This document shows positions 38,737-48,303 of a stretch of 64,000 nt of DNA, piece by piece. Position 1 is the first letter of the stretch, and every line of letters starts with the position of its first letter. Location: assembly GCA_036677065.1 (NCBI GenBank), contig JAKFBS010000002.1:448001-512000 (forward strand). The letters are read 5' to 3'. The notes under the pieces are model-generated. The model worked only from the letters and a program-made list of their open reading frames with translations, was not told the DNA's origin and did no database searches. Source of the stretch: Bdellovibrio sp. (GTDB lineage: Bacteria > Bdellovibrionota > Bdellovibrionia > Bdellovibrionales > Bdellovibrionaceae). The translations under genes and the position numbers were made by a program.

Positions 38737-41168
38737 TAGTGCAGCTTCGACCATTTTTTAAAACGTTCAGGATTAATGGCTTTTAAAATTTCTTCATTCG
38801 TCGCAGGAAGTTCCATCAAAGGATATTTTCCTCTGTAAGGTGTAAGAGTTTTAAGCGCATCATGAATCGCCGTCCACACACTTAAACAAAGTAATAATGG
38901 CGGTTCACCTGCGGCTTTGGTGCCGCGAACGTTAGGTTTGTTTTCATTATTATTTAACAAGCGCACATTAAAAATTCTTGGCGTATCTTGAATATTTGGA
39001 ATTTTATACGTACTTGGTGCATGTGATAATAAATAGCCGTTTTTATAAAATAATTTCTCTGTCGTTACCCAGCCCATGCCTTGAATAAATGCGCCAGTCA
39101 CCTGGCCTAAATCAAGCGCTTCATTAATTGGTCGGCCCAGATCCATAATAATATCAACACGGGTTACTTTAGCTTCGCCGGTGTCTCGATCAATACTGAC
39201 TTCAGAGCAAGCGGCACCTTGGGTGAAATATAAAAAGGCTACACCTTTACCAGTTAACTTATTAAATAATAAACCCGGAAATCTATAATGCGCGTATTCG
39301 CTTAATGAAATACGATTATGATAAGCTTCAACAATCAGCGAATGAAAGCTCATGCGCTTTTCTGGATCTTTAGTAGAAAAAACCTGGCCGTCTTTAAAAC
39401 TTACCCCGAAGTATTCAGCAATTCCTGAATTCCATTCAGCACCTTCATTGGGATCATTGGTAAGTTTTGCTTCGCTAACTTCAACTTCTGGTTGTGTACC
39501 AAGGCCTGCAGTATGTCGTGCCCAGTGGCTTTCTGGAATATCAAAAAGTTTCAGGGCTAATTCGCTTAAGCGCTGTTTAATTCGGCGAATTCCAATAAGT
39601 GCTGCGGCACCGTTAAGATCGGTACCGCTTGAAGCTGCCGTTGGTGAAGTGTTGGCATTCTTATCAGTTGATGTTGGCATCATACGTACATCACTGCGCT
39701 GCAACCCTAGTTCAGAGGCTACGAGTTCAGAAATACGCGCGTTCACACCTTGCCCCATTTCAGTGGCTCCAGTTGAAACTTGCAATGTGCCATCGCGGTG
39801 AATAATCACTAAAGCGTTAGCTTGATTTAAAAATCTGGTCGTAAATGAAATACCAAATTTTACTGGCGTTAAGGATAACCCCTTCATCGGAAGTGATAAA
39901 TCATTTAAAGCTTTTCGATTATACTCTTCGATTTCTTTACGGCGCTTTAAATAATCACTTTCTTTTTCTAGATCACTTAATAACCTTGGCAGACAATTAT
40001 TTTCTACGACTTGATCGTAGTGAGTGATATTTCTGCCATCACGGTCTTCGTAACAATTTAATTTTCTAATTTCTAAAGGGTCTTTTCCTAAGTAGTGCGC
40101 AATTTCTTCGATAATTTTTTCAATCATCGCCACACCTTTTGGCCCACCGAAACCACGAAATGCGGTGTGCGGATGGTAATTCGTGCGACAAACTTGGCCT
40201 ACAACTCGCATGTGCGGAATAAAATAAGCGTTATCCGAATGAAGCATCGCGCGCTCCATGATCGAAGTCGATAGATCGGCGTAAGCGCCGCCATCAGAAT
40301 AAAGTTTAGCATCAAGAGCTGTGATCATACCCTCGTTATCAAAACCGACATTATAAAACACTTCAAACGGATTTCGTTTACCCGTCATGATCATGTCGTC
40401 ATCTTTTGTTAGATTAATACGAGCTGCGCAATTTAGTTTTTGTGCGACAAGAGCTGCGTACGCTGCAATCGGCGCAGCTTGGGATTCTTTACCACCAAAA
40501 CCTCCGCCCATACGTTTTACAATCACAGTCACATCTTTAGAAGCCAGACCAAGACCGTGCGAGACGACATGCTGACATTCAGTTGGATGTTGCGATGAAG
40601 AATGAATTTCGATTTGCCCATCTTCTTTAGGGTAAGCAACGGCCACATTACTTTCTAAATAGAAATGATCTGCCCCGCGAATGACTAGTGAATTTTCTAA
40701 TTTATTGGGCGCAAGTTTTAAAGCTTGTTCGATATTACCACGTTCAATTTTTCTAGATCCTGCAATCCATGATTCAAGCGAGATCGCGTCTTGAATAGAA
40801 AGCACAGCAGGTTTAATTTCATAATTAATTTCGATTAAGGCTTTTGCTTCACAGGCAGCATCAATACTAGTCGCTGCGATAAGCGCGATCGCTTCTCCGG
40901 CAAAATTCACTTCAACGTCAGCTAAGAGTGGCTGATCGCGAAAAATAGTGCCCCAAAGGTTTTCATGAAAGTCTTTACCTAAGAATACACCTTTAACACC
41001 AGGATGTTTTAAAGCTTTTTCGATATTGATCTTTTTAATTCTAGCTTTAGCATGCGGGCTGAATAGCACTTCAACATGCAATTCGTTAGATAACTTTGGA
41101 CGGTCATCGACAAATTCACTTTGACCGGTTACATGGGTATGGGCTGAATCGTGAGGAAGATTACTCAT
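38736..41168 (-). CDS. xdhB: Xanthine dehydrogenase molybdopterin subunit
   Basis: HFYLE, RMGGGFGGKES, AFRGFG, GATEMGQG, SPTAAS, KAAGEPP. Confidence 0.96.
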   Translation of the reverse strand: MSNLPHDSAHTHVTGQSEFVDDRPKLSNELHVEVLFSPHAKARIKKINIEKALKHPGVKGVFLGKDFHENLWGTIFRDQPLLADVEVNFAGEAIALIAATSIDAACEAKALIEINYEIKPAVLSIQDAISLESWIAGSRKIERGNIEQALKLAPNKLENSLVIRGADHFYLESNVAVAYPKEDGQIEIHSSSQHPTECQHVVSHGLGLASKDVTVIVKRMGGGFGGKESQAAPIAAYAALVAQKLNCAARINLTKDDDMIMTGKRNPFEVFYNVGFDNEGMITALDAKLYSDGGAYADLSTSIMERAMLHSDNAYFIPHMRVVGQVCRTNYHPHTAFRGFGGPKGVAMIEKIIEEIAHYLGKDPLEIRKLNCYEDRDGRNITHYDQVVENNCLPRLLSDLEKESDYLKRRKEIEEYNRKALNDLSLPMKGLSLTPVKFGISFTTRFLNQANALVIIHRDGTLQVSTGATEMGQGVNARISELVASELGLQRSDVRMMPTSTDKNANTSPTAASSGTDLNGAAALIGIRRIKQRLSELALKLFDIPESHWARHTAGLGTQPEVEVSEAKLTNDPNEGAEWNSGIAEYFGVSFKDGQVFSTKDPEKRMSFHSLIVEAYHNRISLSEYAHYRFPGLLFNKLTGKGVAFLYFTQGAACSEVSIDRDTGEAKVTRVDIIMDLGRPINEALDLGQVTGAFIQGMGWVTTEKLFYKNGYLLSHAPSTYKIPNIQDTPRIFNVRLLNNNENKPNVRGTKAAGEPPLLLCLSVWTAIHDALKTLTPYRGKYPLMELPATNEEILKAINPERFKKWSKLH

Positions 41169-42624
41169 GATTAGCTCCATTTTCGCGAAAAAATTTATTA
41201 AACAGATTTTCGGTCACGATGTGACGAAATGTATCTGATGCACGCAAATCACTTAATGGCGTAATTTCGGCGTGCAAATGATCTAAAGCTTTTTCTAATA
41301 AGACTTTGTCAATTTTTTCGTTCGTTAAGCTTTTTTCAGTTTTATACAAACGTAGTGTCGTAGCTGCAACGCCACCGACGGCGATTTTAATATCTTTAAT
41401 CTTCGTTTTTTCTTTATCAGCCCATAATACACGCGCTGCAAAGTTAACTGCCGAAATATCTAAATCTTTACGCTGAGAAATTTTATAAAGCGCTAAAGAT
41501 TCATGTTTTTGCGGAATATCAAAATGCAAAGCTACAATAAGCTCTTTCGAAGTCAGTGCAATTTTTCGGTAGTCTAAAAAGAAGGACTCTAATTTTACGA
41601 AACGCTTTTTGCCTGGTCCATGAATTTCGACTTCAGTGTTCATGGTTAATAAAAATGGAGGCGTATCAGCAATCGGCGAAGCATTTGCGACGTTTCCCAC
41701 TAAAGTAGCTAAATTTTTAATTTGTGGTGATGCAAATAAATCTAAAAATCTGGCAAATTCGGGAATCAGATCTTTCACATACAAACGCAAGTCACTTAAT
41801 GTAACACGAGCACCAACTGACAAGCGCGTTTTCGATGTTTTTTCGATGTCATATAATTCAGGCACTAGATGTAAACTTAAAGTCTGAGATAAACGCGATT
41901 TGCGTTTATTATGCACAACTCCCAGATCTGTCGCCGCAGCAACAATTTTAGCCGATTTATTTTTACCTAAGAAAGCAACAGCATCTTTGATTTTAATAGG
42001 TGCAAAGAACGAAAATTTATCGCTAGTTAATGCAATTGGTACTTTTAAATGAGCTGCCACATCTTTTTGCGAAGCAAGGCTTAAAAATCTTTTGCTCACC
42101 GATTCAGATTCACTCAAAGAAATACTTTTCGCAGCATCAATAATGGGCTGATAACCGGTGCAGCGACAAAGGTTACCTGTGGTCGCATTTTTAGCATCAC
42201 AAGAAGTAATTTCTGTTTGTTTTTGGCAAAGTTTTTTCTCGACTAAACCAGTCAACGCCATCACAAAGCCCGGAGTACAAAAACCGCACTGACTGCCGTG
42301 GCAAGTCATCATCGCCTTTTGCACAGGCGTATGTTCTGGATTCGCCAAGGCATCAACAGTGACTAAATGTGAGCCATCCATCTGGGCTATGGTAGTCACA
42401 CAAGAATTGATCGGTAAAAAAATATTTTTCTTTTTTCCAGATTGATAAGGGTAAAAACGCAGCACCGAACAGGCACCGCAATCCCCCTCAGCACAAACGA
42501 TTTTTGTACCTGTAAGATTCTTATGATAACGAAGATAATCTGAAAGCATCACACCGGCCTGTTCGCCCGAAATTTGATGTCTTTCACCATTAAGATAAAA
42601 TAGGATGTAATTGCGTGTCTTCAT
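41161..42624 (-). CDS. xdhA: Xanthine dehydrogenase FeS/FAD subunit
   Basis: GTK..CAEGDCGAC, HGSQCGFCTPG, GNLCRCTGY, FASPQI...GNVANASP. Confidence 0.96.
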   Translation of the reverse strand: MKTRNYILFYLNGERHQISGEQAGVMLSDYLRYHKNLTGTKIVCAEGDCGACSVLRFYPYQSGKKKNIFLPINSCVTTIAQMDGSHLVTVDALANPEHTPVQKAMMTCHGSQCGFCTPGFVMALTGLVEKKLCQKQTEITSCDAKNATTGNLCRCTGYQPIIDAAKSISLSESESVSKRFLSLASQKDVAAHLKVPIALTSDKFSFFAPIKIKDAVAFLGKNKSAKIVAAATDLGVVHNKRKSRLSQTLSLHLVPELYDIEKTSKTRLSVGARVTLSDLRLYVKDLIPEFARFLDLFASPQIKNLATLVGNVANASPIADTPPFLLTMNTEVEIHGPGKKRFVKLESFFLDYRKIALTSKELIVALHFDIPQKHESLALYKISQRKDLDISAVNFAARVLWADKEKTKIKDIKIAVGGVAATTLRLYKTEKSLTNEKIDKVLLEKALDHLHAEITPLSDLRASDTFRHIVTENLFNKFFRENGANHE

Positions 42625-42689
42625 CAATCTTCATTGTTCCCTTAAAACGCTCTTGATCTAAAGATTTTTCTTTTGTAACGTAGTTCGTC

Positions 42690-43154
42690 ATGAGCAATCA
42701 ATATATGAAAAGAGCCATTGAGCTTTCAAAAAATAATATCGCCCACGGCGGCGGTCCCTTTGGCGCTGTCATTGTAAAAGATGGTAAAATTATCGGTGAA
42801 GGTTTTAACAAGGTCACTGCTAACAACGACCCCACAGCCCACGCAGAGGTTGAAGCCATCCGTGAAGCTTGTAAGAACATCAGCAACTTTGATTTAAACG
42901 GTGCCGAAATTTATACCAGCTGCGAACCCTGCCCTATGTGCTTATCGGCTATTTACTGGGCGCGGTTATCAAAGGTTTATTACGCCAATACAAAAAAAGA
43001 TGCTGCAGATATCGAATTTGATGATGCTTTCATCTACACTGAAATTCCGAAACCTATCGAGCAGCGCAAAATTTCAATGGTGCAGATGATGCGCCCCGAA
43101 GCTTTAGAAGTTTTTAAAGCTTGGCAAACTTCAACAGTAAAAATTAAGTACTAG
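42690..43154 (+). CDS. guaD: Guanine deaminase (cytidine-deaminase fold)
   Basis: GGPFGA, DPTAHAE, SCEPCPMC, FDDAFIY, C-terminal Y; adjacent to xdh genes. Confidence 0.85.
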   Translation: MSNQYMKRAIELSKNNIAHGGGPFGAVIVKDGKIIGEGFNKVTANNDPTAHAEVEAIREACKNISNFDLNGAEIYTSCEPCPMCLSAIYWARLSKVYYANTKKDAADIEFDDAFIYTEIPKPIEQRKISMVQMMRPEALEVFKAWQTSTVKIKY

Positions 43155-43168
43155 GCATACGAATTGTA
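43153..43168 (+). promoter_or_regulatory. sigma54-like promoter AGGCAT-N5-TTGTA
   Basis: Same TTGTA variant; followed by palindrome TTGGAA-N5-TTCCAA (43177-43193). Confidence 0.45.
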
Positions 43169-43206
43169 ACTTTGTTTTGGAACATGATTCCAATCGAGGT
43201 AAAACA

Positions 43207-43617
43207 ATGCATAATGCCCCAATATTTAAACGGCGCACGTTTTTACAAAATATTTTCGGTTTTTCGATACTTCTATCAGCTACGAGTCTGTCTATTTTTT
43301 CGGGGTGTTCGGGCAGTGGCAGTAGCTCCGATGATCCGAACTCAGCCTTAGACGATGGCGGAAGCTGTATCGTCAACGGCACTCAAATCGAAATTCAAAG
43401 TAGGCATACGCCGAATCACACGCTTCTCATTTCAAAAGATGACGTTAATGCTGGAGTTCAAAAAACCTATATTTTAGAAGACAACGGTTCTGGACACATT
43501 CACGCCGTGACACTTTCTTCAGCTGACTTTGCCACATTACGAACCAATAGCGCCATTCAACTTGTAAGCACGACCGATGATGCTCATTCGCACGTTATCG
43601 CCGTTGGCTGCGCCTAA
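43207..43617 (+). CDS. Tat-exported His-rich lipoprotein
   Basis: KRRTFL twin-arginine motif, SGC lipobox, HxH motifs. Confidence 0.75.
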   Translation: MHNAPIFKRRTFLQNIFGFSILLSATSLSIFSGCSGSGSSSDDPNSALDDGGSCIVNGTQIEIQSRHTPNHTLLISKDDVNAGVQKTYILEDNGSGHIHAVTLSSADFATLRTNSAIQLVSTTDDAHSHVIAVGCA

Positions 43618-43623
43618 ATCTTG

Positions 43624-43639
43624 TGGCCGCCCACTTGCA
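43624..43639 (+). promoter_or_regulatory. sigma54-like promoter TGGCCG-N5-TTGCA
   Basis: GG-N10-GC upstream of the YybH-like gene. Confidence 0.6.
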
Positions 43640-43672
43640 TTTTTATTCACCGCTTAAGTCAAAGGAGGCTTT

Positions 43673-44251
43673 ATGGAACAAAACAAACCAAGTAACGCTA
43701 CGACCGAAATAGATGCCGCTGCAGAGCGCGCACGGGCTGCCGCAACTAATATTGCCACTAACGCACCGGTCACAACTACAAACACACCTACTGTCATTGC
43801 CGAAGGTGAAATTCGTCAGCTTTTAGAAGAATTTGCAGATTCAGTTCGCAGCGGAAAAATAGAAGATATCATGTCGTTTTATGATCCAAGCTTAGTCGCC
43901 TTCGATGTCGCCCCTCCCCTACGCTTTACTAGCGCTATTGAATATAAAAAAAACTGGGAAACCATGTTCACATCGGCTATGGAATTTCCGGTCACTTACG
44001 AATGGAGTGAAGAAAGAATTTTTGCAAGTGGTGATATTGGTATTTTTCACTGCCTGATTCACACGGCAGGCACATTTAAAAATCCGCCACAAGGCCAAGA
44101 TAAAAATATGGACTGCTGGGGCCGCTATACGTGTGCCTTGAAAAAAACGAATAATCGCTGGCGCATTGTGCACGAACACTTTTCAGTGCCCGTGGGTGAA
44201 GATGGCCAAGGTTTAATGAATTTAAAACCTGGCTTTCAGGCTTCTCATTAG
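43673..44251 (+). CDS. SnoaL/YybH (NTF2-like) protein
   Basis: AFDVAPPL, WRIVHEHFSVP; AAGGAGG RBS. Confidence 0.9.
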   Translation: MEQNKPSNATTEIDAAAERARAAATNIATNAPVTTTNTPTVIAEGEIRQLLEEFADSVRSGKIEDIMSFYDPSLVAFDVAPPLRFTSAIEYKKNWETMFTSAMEFPVTYEWSEERIFASGDIGIFHCLIHTAGTFKNPPQGQDKNMDCWGRYTCALKKTNNRWRIVHEHFSVPVGEDGQGLMNLKPGFQASH

Positions 44252-44261
44252 CCATGCACCA

Positions 44262-45698
44262 TTAAATTGGTGAATTATTAGAGCATTGCATTTTACGGAA
44301 CTGATCCATTTTTGAATAAATGAGATCAGCCCACAATTCATTAACTCTAGAGTTTAAGGCATCGCCTTTTAAACCGGTTTGTTTTTCAACAAGCTTTTTA
44401 AAAGGCATGTCGACATCGTGAAAATTTGAAACTTGTAAGATCGTCATTAAATCCTGACGAGAAACTAAATCTAAACGAGCCACGAAATCACGGCGAGCTT
44501 GTTCGGTAACTGTTTTTAATCCCGGTAAATCTTTATTAGGACCTTTTCCCGGCTGCGCTGTCAGTGTACAATTATTATCTGCAAACATACTTAAAGCTCG
44601 ATAGGCATTATAGTCGCCACGCGGGTGATTTTTATTTTTAACAAATTTTAAATCACGGTTTCCAAAAGCAGAACCTAAATCATGGGTTCCGGCAATCGGT
44701 GAATTACAAAGTTTTTTAAGACCATCAGCAGATTTCACAACATTTGCCTCTTCACACAATAACACATGCTGCGAACCGCGCTCTTCGACAGTGTGAACTA
44801 GATTAATAAATAACGCTAAAACCTGAATTTCGTGCTGCTGCAAAACTGATAATTTTTTGAAATTCGTAATGTATTCATCCCAGCGCCAAGGCGTATTTAC
44901 AAAAGTTTTTCCAAGTTTTGGATTTGAAGTAAAAGCCTTCATGATACGTTTACCTTCAAATTTTCTCTCGATGCTTGCGCCCGGGAAAATATTTGTTTTA
45001 GCTACTGGAACTAACTGCGGTTCTAAACCGTTCTTCCAAGGGTCAGTATCACAACCAAAACACACCACTTCATTCACCGGATAATAATTTTCAGACGGAA
45101 AGCCCATCATCCAGGCTAAGCGAGTAGCGACGCTGCTCGTGTAAGCTTCGCGGTGACGCCATTCATTTAATTCTGATTGATTTTTCATGCCCTCTTGAGA
45201 CACCTTAAAACGAACTTTTAAAACATCACCGATCATGGGTTTTACTTCACCTTTTTTGGTCGTATAAGTGATCACACTGCCATCTTTACGAACCATAACG
45301 TCTTCTTCAAGTTTACCGGCGATAACAACATCTTTAATCATCGCAGCCTCTTGAGAAAGCTGGCCTTTATCAGACATCATTACATTTTTATCATCAGTTC
45401 TGACACAGCGAAATTTATTGCTTGAGCCATTTTGGTAACGGTAAAAATAACGGCAAAACAAACGGCTTTGCGCCATAATTTGGGGTTCACTGCTCTTAGC
45501 TCCGGCAATGATTTCATCAGGTGTTTTTTTAGCTGGAGCAGGTAATAAAAAACGAGACTCATGCAAACAATTAATGCGGTTAGCGTCTTTATTGCTGATG
45601 GGCTTTTCTAGATCGGTAAAAATCTCGCAGGCGGCAAAGCTAGTTTGAGCAAAGGCAGACGTCATTAAAACCATAGCTAAAATACGAGATAATTTCAT
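44262..45698 (-). CDS. Secreted hypothetical protein, atypical kinase-like fold (possible pseudokinase)
   Basis: Signal peptide; KVRF, EAYTSSVATRL..MGF, ASIERKF, HDLGSAFG. Confidence 0.6.
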   Translation of the reverse strand: MKLSRILAMVLMTSAFAQTSFAACEIFTDLEKPISNKDANRINCLHESRFLLPAPAKKTPDEIIAGAKSSEPQIMAQSRLFCRYFYRYQNGSSNKFRCVRTDDKNVMMSDKGQLSQEAAMIKDVVIAGKLEEDVMVRKDGSVITYTTKKGEVKPMIGDVLKVRFKVSQEGMKNQSELNEWRHREAYTSSVATRLAWMMGFPSENYYPVNEVVCFGCDTDPWKNGLEPQLVPVAKTNIFPGASIERKFEGKRIMKAFTSNPKLGKTFVNTPWRWDEYITNFKKLSVLQQHEIQVLALFINLVHTVEERGSQHVLLCEEANVVKSADGLKKLCNSPIAGTHDLGSAFGNRDLKFVKNKNHPRGDYNAYRALSMFADNNCTLTAQPGKGPNKDLPGLKTVTEQARRDFVARLDLVSRQDLMTILQVSNFHDVDMPFKKLVEKQTGLKGDALNSRVNELWADLIYSKMDQFRKMQCSNNSPI

Positions 45699-45723
45699 AA
45701 GATTCTCCAACATGAATTAACAA

Positions 45724-45739
45724 AGCAACCAGAGTGCCA
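45724..45739 (-). promoter_or_regulatory. sigma54 promoter TGGCAC-N5-TTGCT
   Basis: Perfect consensus upstream of the 45698 start. Confidence 0.8.
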
Positions 45740-45862
45740 CTTCAGCTGGTGTTTATTTGTCTTAGAACCGCCAGAAAACGCAAAAAGGCTCCAGATATTG
45801 ACAACTTGTCGAATATCTAAACAGCAAGAACAGTCTCAAATTGACTACAGACAAAGTCCTCT

Positions 45863-45878
45863 TGGCACCTGGCTTGAA
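45863..45878 (+). promoter_or_regulatory. sigma54-like promoter TGGCAC-N5-TTGAA
   Basis: Perfect -24 and variant -12 upstream of the 45922 start. Confidence 0.55.
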
Positions 45879-45921
45879 GTTGTAACTTTCGGTAAAAAAA
45901 GCTTTCTTCGGGAGATAAAAA

Positions 45922-47403
45922 ATGAGCCTACGCAAATCTTCGTTAATTTTTGTGGTTTTTCCAGGTCTATTGGCAACAGCACCTGCCTTTGCTTTGATGG
46001 ATCTAAAAACCGCGCGCGGAAGCCAAACGATGAACTATGCCAAAAACGAAGTTTGCGTGATTCCCAGAAAGTTTCCGAATATCGATGCAAAAAAACAAAA
46101 TCAATCTAACTATTCGAATAAGGATTTAGAGAGCGAATTAGAATTATGCCGCATGGATTTTTATGCCCAATCCCCGTTTACTAAAAATACTTCTACAAGC
46201 TATGCTACTGGCTTATGCCCGAAATTACATAACACCAATCCAGGCCTTGAAATTTATGAAATTCAACAGGGCGATAATAAACAAGCTTTAGAAAATAGAA
46301 TTTGCGATATGCCCTCAGATCTGCGCGATGGCACTAAGTTAGCAAAATACAAATTAAGCACGAGCTGCAGTTACACGCCGTCAATTTTAGCTTATTATCA
46401 TGTGTCTCGCATTATGGGAGACCTGTTAAAAGTTCCGCCAGTGGTGTTACGCACAATGGATGTTGAAACTTATAAAGCTGTGCCGTTAAAGGGAAAAAAA
46501 ACTTTATCTAAAGGCGGCGTTATCGCCGCTACGTGGAAAAACGTGATCAACCAGTTAAATAACCCCACGACAGATAAACGTGGCCCTTATTTGTTTACTC
46601 ATGATTACCAACAAACTTTCGGCGGCTTAATGAAAAACGCCAAAGGTGAAGCTGATTGGTCAGAAATTTCTAATGATGCTGGCGGCGATCAAATGGCGCG
46701 TGGCAAAGCCTTTATGCAAGAGCAAGTGTATTTAGATTTAATTAATCCAAATTTAACCTCTGAGTTTGTTGGCCAAAACTGGGATCAAAACAATGCGCAA
46801 CGCGTGCGTTTAATGGGTGATGCCGCAGATATGTTGGTTTTAGATTTTATTTTACGCCAAGAAGATCGTTTTAATAATATCGCTTACAAGCTTGAAGTGT
46901 CAGGGCTTGTGAAAAATGCGCAAGGCCTGCTTGATATTAAATCTATCGATGTTAAAAAAGCGGATTCACCTGAAGAGTTAGCTAAAGCCAATTTAGAGTT
47001 TAAAACTAAATACAATACAAACGGTTTCGCAATTCGCCGTATTATGCTTAAAGATAACGACTGTGGCGTAGCTGTTGAAGGCCCTGTAGCCCGTACAGGT
47101 ATTGCTGAAAAATTAAAAATGTTAGAAAACATTCGTCATTTGAAAAAATCAACTTACAACCAGCTCTTACGTTTTAATTTATATTTATCAAGCGCCAGTT
47201 CTGCCGGCTATGCCAAAGACTTTTTCATTAAAGAAACAATGATGACAGATAAAGATTACGGGCAATTTGTGCTAAACACGAAACGCTTGGCTGAGGGTTT
47301 AAAATCATTATGTAACGCAGGCAAATTACATTTAGATCTACAATTAGAAACCCATTTCGGCGCAAGTTACAAAGCTGGCGCACAAAACTGCTCTGTAGAT
47401 TAA
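45922..47403 (+). CDS. Secreted FAM20/four-jointed-like atypical kinase
   Basis: Signal peptide; LAYYHVSRI..VPPVVLR, DMLVLDFILRQEDR, LKDNDCG, KKSTY. Confidence 0.65.
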   Translation: MSLRKSSLIFVVFPGLLATAPAFALMDLKTARGSQTMNYAKNEVCVIPRKFPNIDAKKQNQSNYSNKDLESELELCRMDFYAQSPFTKNTSTSYATGLCPKLHNTNPGLEIYEIQQGDNKQALENRICDMPSDLRDGTKLAKYKLSTSCSYTPSILAYYHVSRIMGDLLKVPPVVLRTMDVETYKAVPLKGKKTLSKGGVIAATWKNVINQLNNPTTDKRGPYLFTHDYQQTFGGLMKNAKGEADWSEISNDAGGDQMARGKAFMQEQVYLDLINPNLTSEFVGQNWDQNNAQRVRLMGDAADMLVLDFILRQEDRFNNIAYKLEVSGLVKNAQGLLDIKSIDVKKADSPEELAKANLEFKTKYNTNGFAIRRIMLKDNDCGVAVEGPVARTGIAEKLKMLENIRHLKKSTYNQLLRFNLYLSSASSAGYAKDFFIKETMMTDKDYGQFVLNTKRLAEGLKSLCNAGKLHLDLQLETHFGASYKAGAQNCSVD

Positions 47404-48170
47404 GCTGATTTTGTATTTTTTAATTCGTCGATATTAAGTCTGCGGCCCGAGCCTTCGCCGGGATATTTTTTATGATTGGCTCCGGGATAAGCATAACCGT
47501 TGATCAGCACCCTGCGCGGCGTAGCTGAAACATTCTTGGTGCTTGCATGAATAACATACGGGTGAAATAAAACAATATCACCTGGTTGCATTAATAATTC
47601 TTCGGCCTGCGAAATATCGACCACAGAATTTATATCTGCGATATTATTTAAGCCCATATGATTTAATTTATTACTGCCGGCAATGAATTTCACCGGGCCT
47701 TTATCTGCTGTCACTTCGTCAATGGCAATGAGAGTTTGCACATAACTTCCAAGACCATTCACATCTGTCCAATCACTTGTTCCAAAACCGCGATGCTGGC
47801 TATCCTGGTGCCATTCAAATTCAATATCATCACCTGGCATTTTAAAATGAATTTGATTAATCAATTGATCCATTTCGACCGTGCCTAAAAGTTGGCTCAC
47901 GGGTTCTAGAATACGTAGATCAGCACCAAAATCTAAAAGATTTTTTTCATGGGCCCCTGCCCATACCACTCGGTGCAAAGCCTGGTTTTCAAAAACAAAT
48001 TGTGAACCGTTAAAAACTTGAGATGTTAAATTTAATTTTTTACTGGATTGAAGCAGCCCTTCGGTCGCCGAAATCATTTGCGCTAAATCCTGCCTGCTAA
48101 ATACTTTGGGTATTACAATAAAGCCGCGTTCATAGAATTCTGCTATCTGTAGTTTCGAAAGTGTTGCCAT
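47400..48170 (-). CDS. Phytanoyl-CoA dioxygenase (PhyH) family 2OG-Fe(II) oxygenase
   Basis: FYERGF, K.PG, WHQD, PGDIVLFH...H.S..N.S..PRR. Confidence 0.92.
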   Translation of the reverse strand: MATLSKLQIAEFYERGFIVIPKVFSRQDLAQMISATEGLLQSSKKLNLTSQVFNGSQFVFENQALHRVVWAGAHEKNLLDFGADLRILEPVSQLLGTVEMDQLINQIHFKMPGDDIEFEWHQDSQHRGFGTSDWTDVNGLGSYVQTLIAIDEVTADKGPVKFIAGSNKLNHMGLNNIADINSVVDISQAEELLMQPGDIVLFHPYVIHASTKNVSATPRRVLINGYAYPGANHKKYPGEGSGRRLNIDELKNTKSA

Positions 48171-48303
48171 GACATTATTTTCGCAAGTCTACAGATTTAC
48201 AGAAAGTCTTGATTCACAAAACCTGGACGAAAGACTTTTAACTCAAGCCCAAAACGTTGGCCCACATCCATGTTAGCCAACATCCAATCTCTTTTTGCTA
48301 ATT

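Noticed and set aside
39352..39801. 149-aa plus-strand ORF and the many other short ORFs nested in well-supported genes
   Set aside because: Antisense or alternative-frame shadows with no motifs or RBS.
45798..46109. 103-aa plus-strand and 81-aa minus-strand ORFs in the kinase-pair spacer
   Set aside because: They overlap the promoters and the real 45922 gene; no supporting signals.
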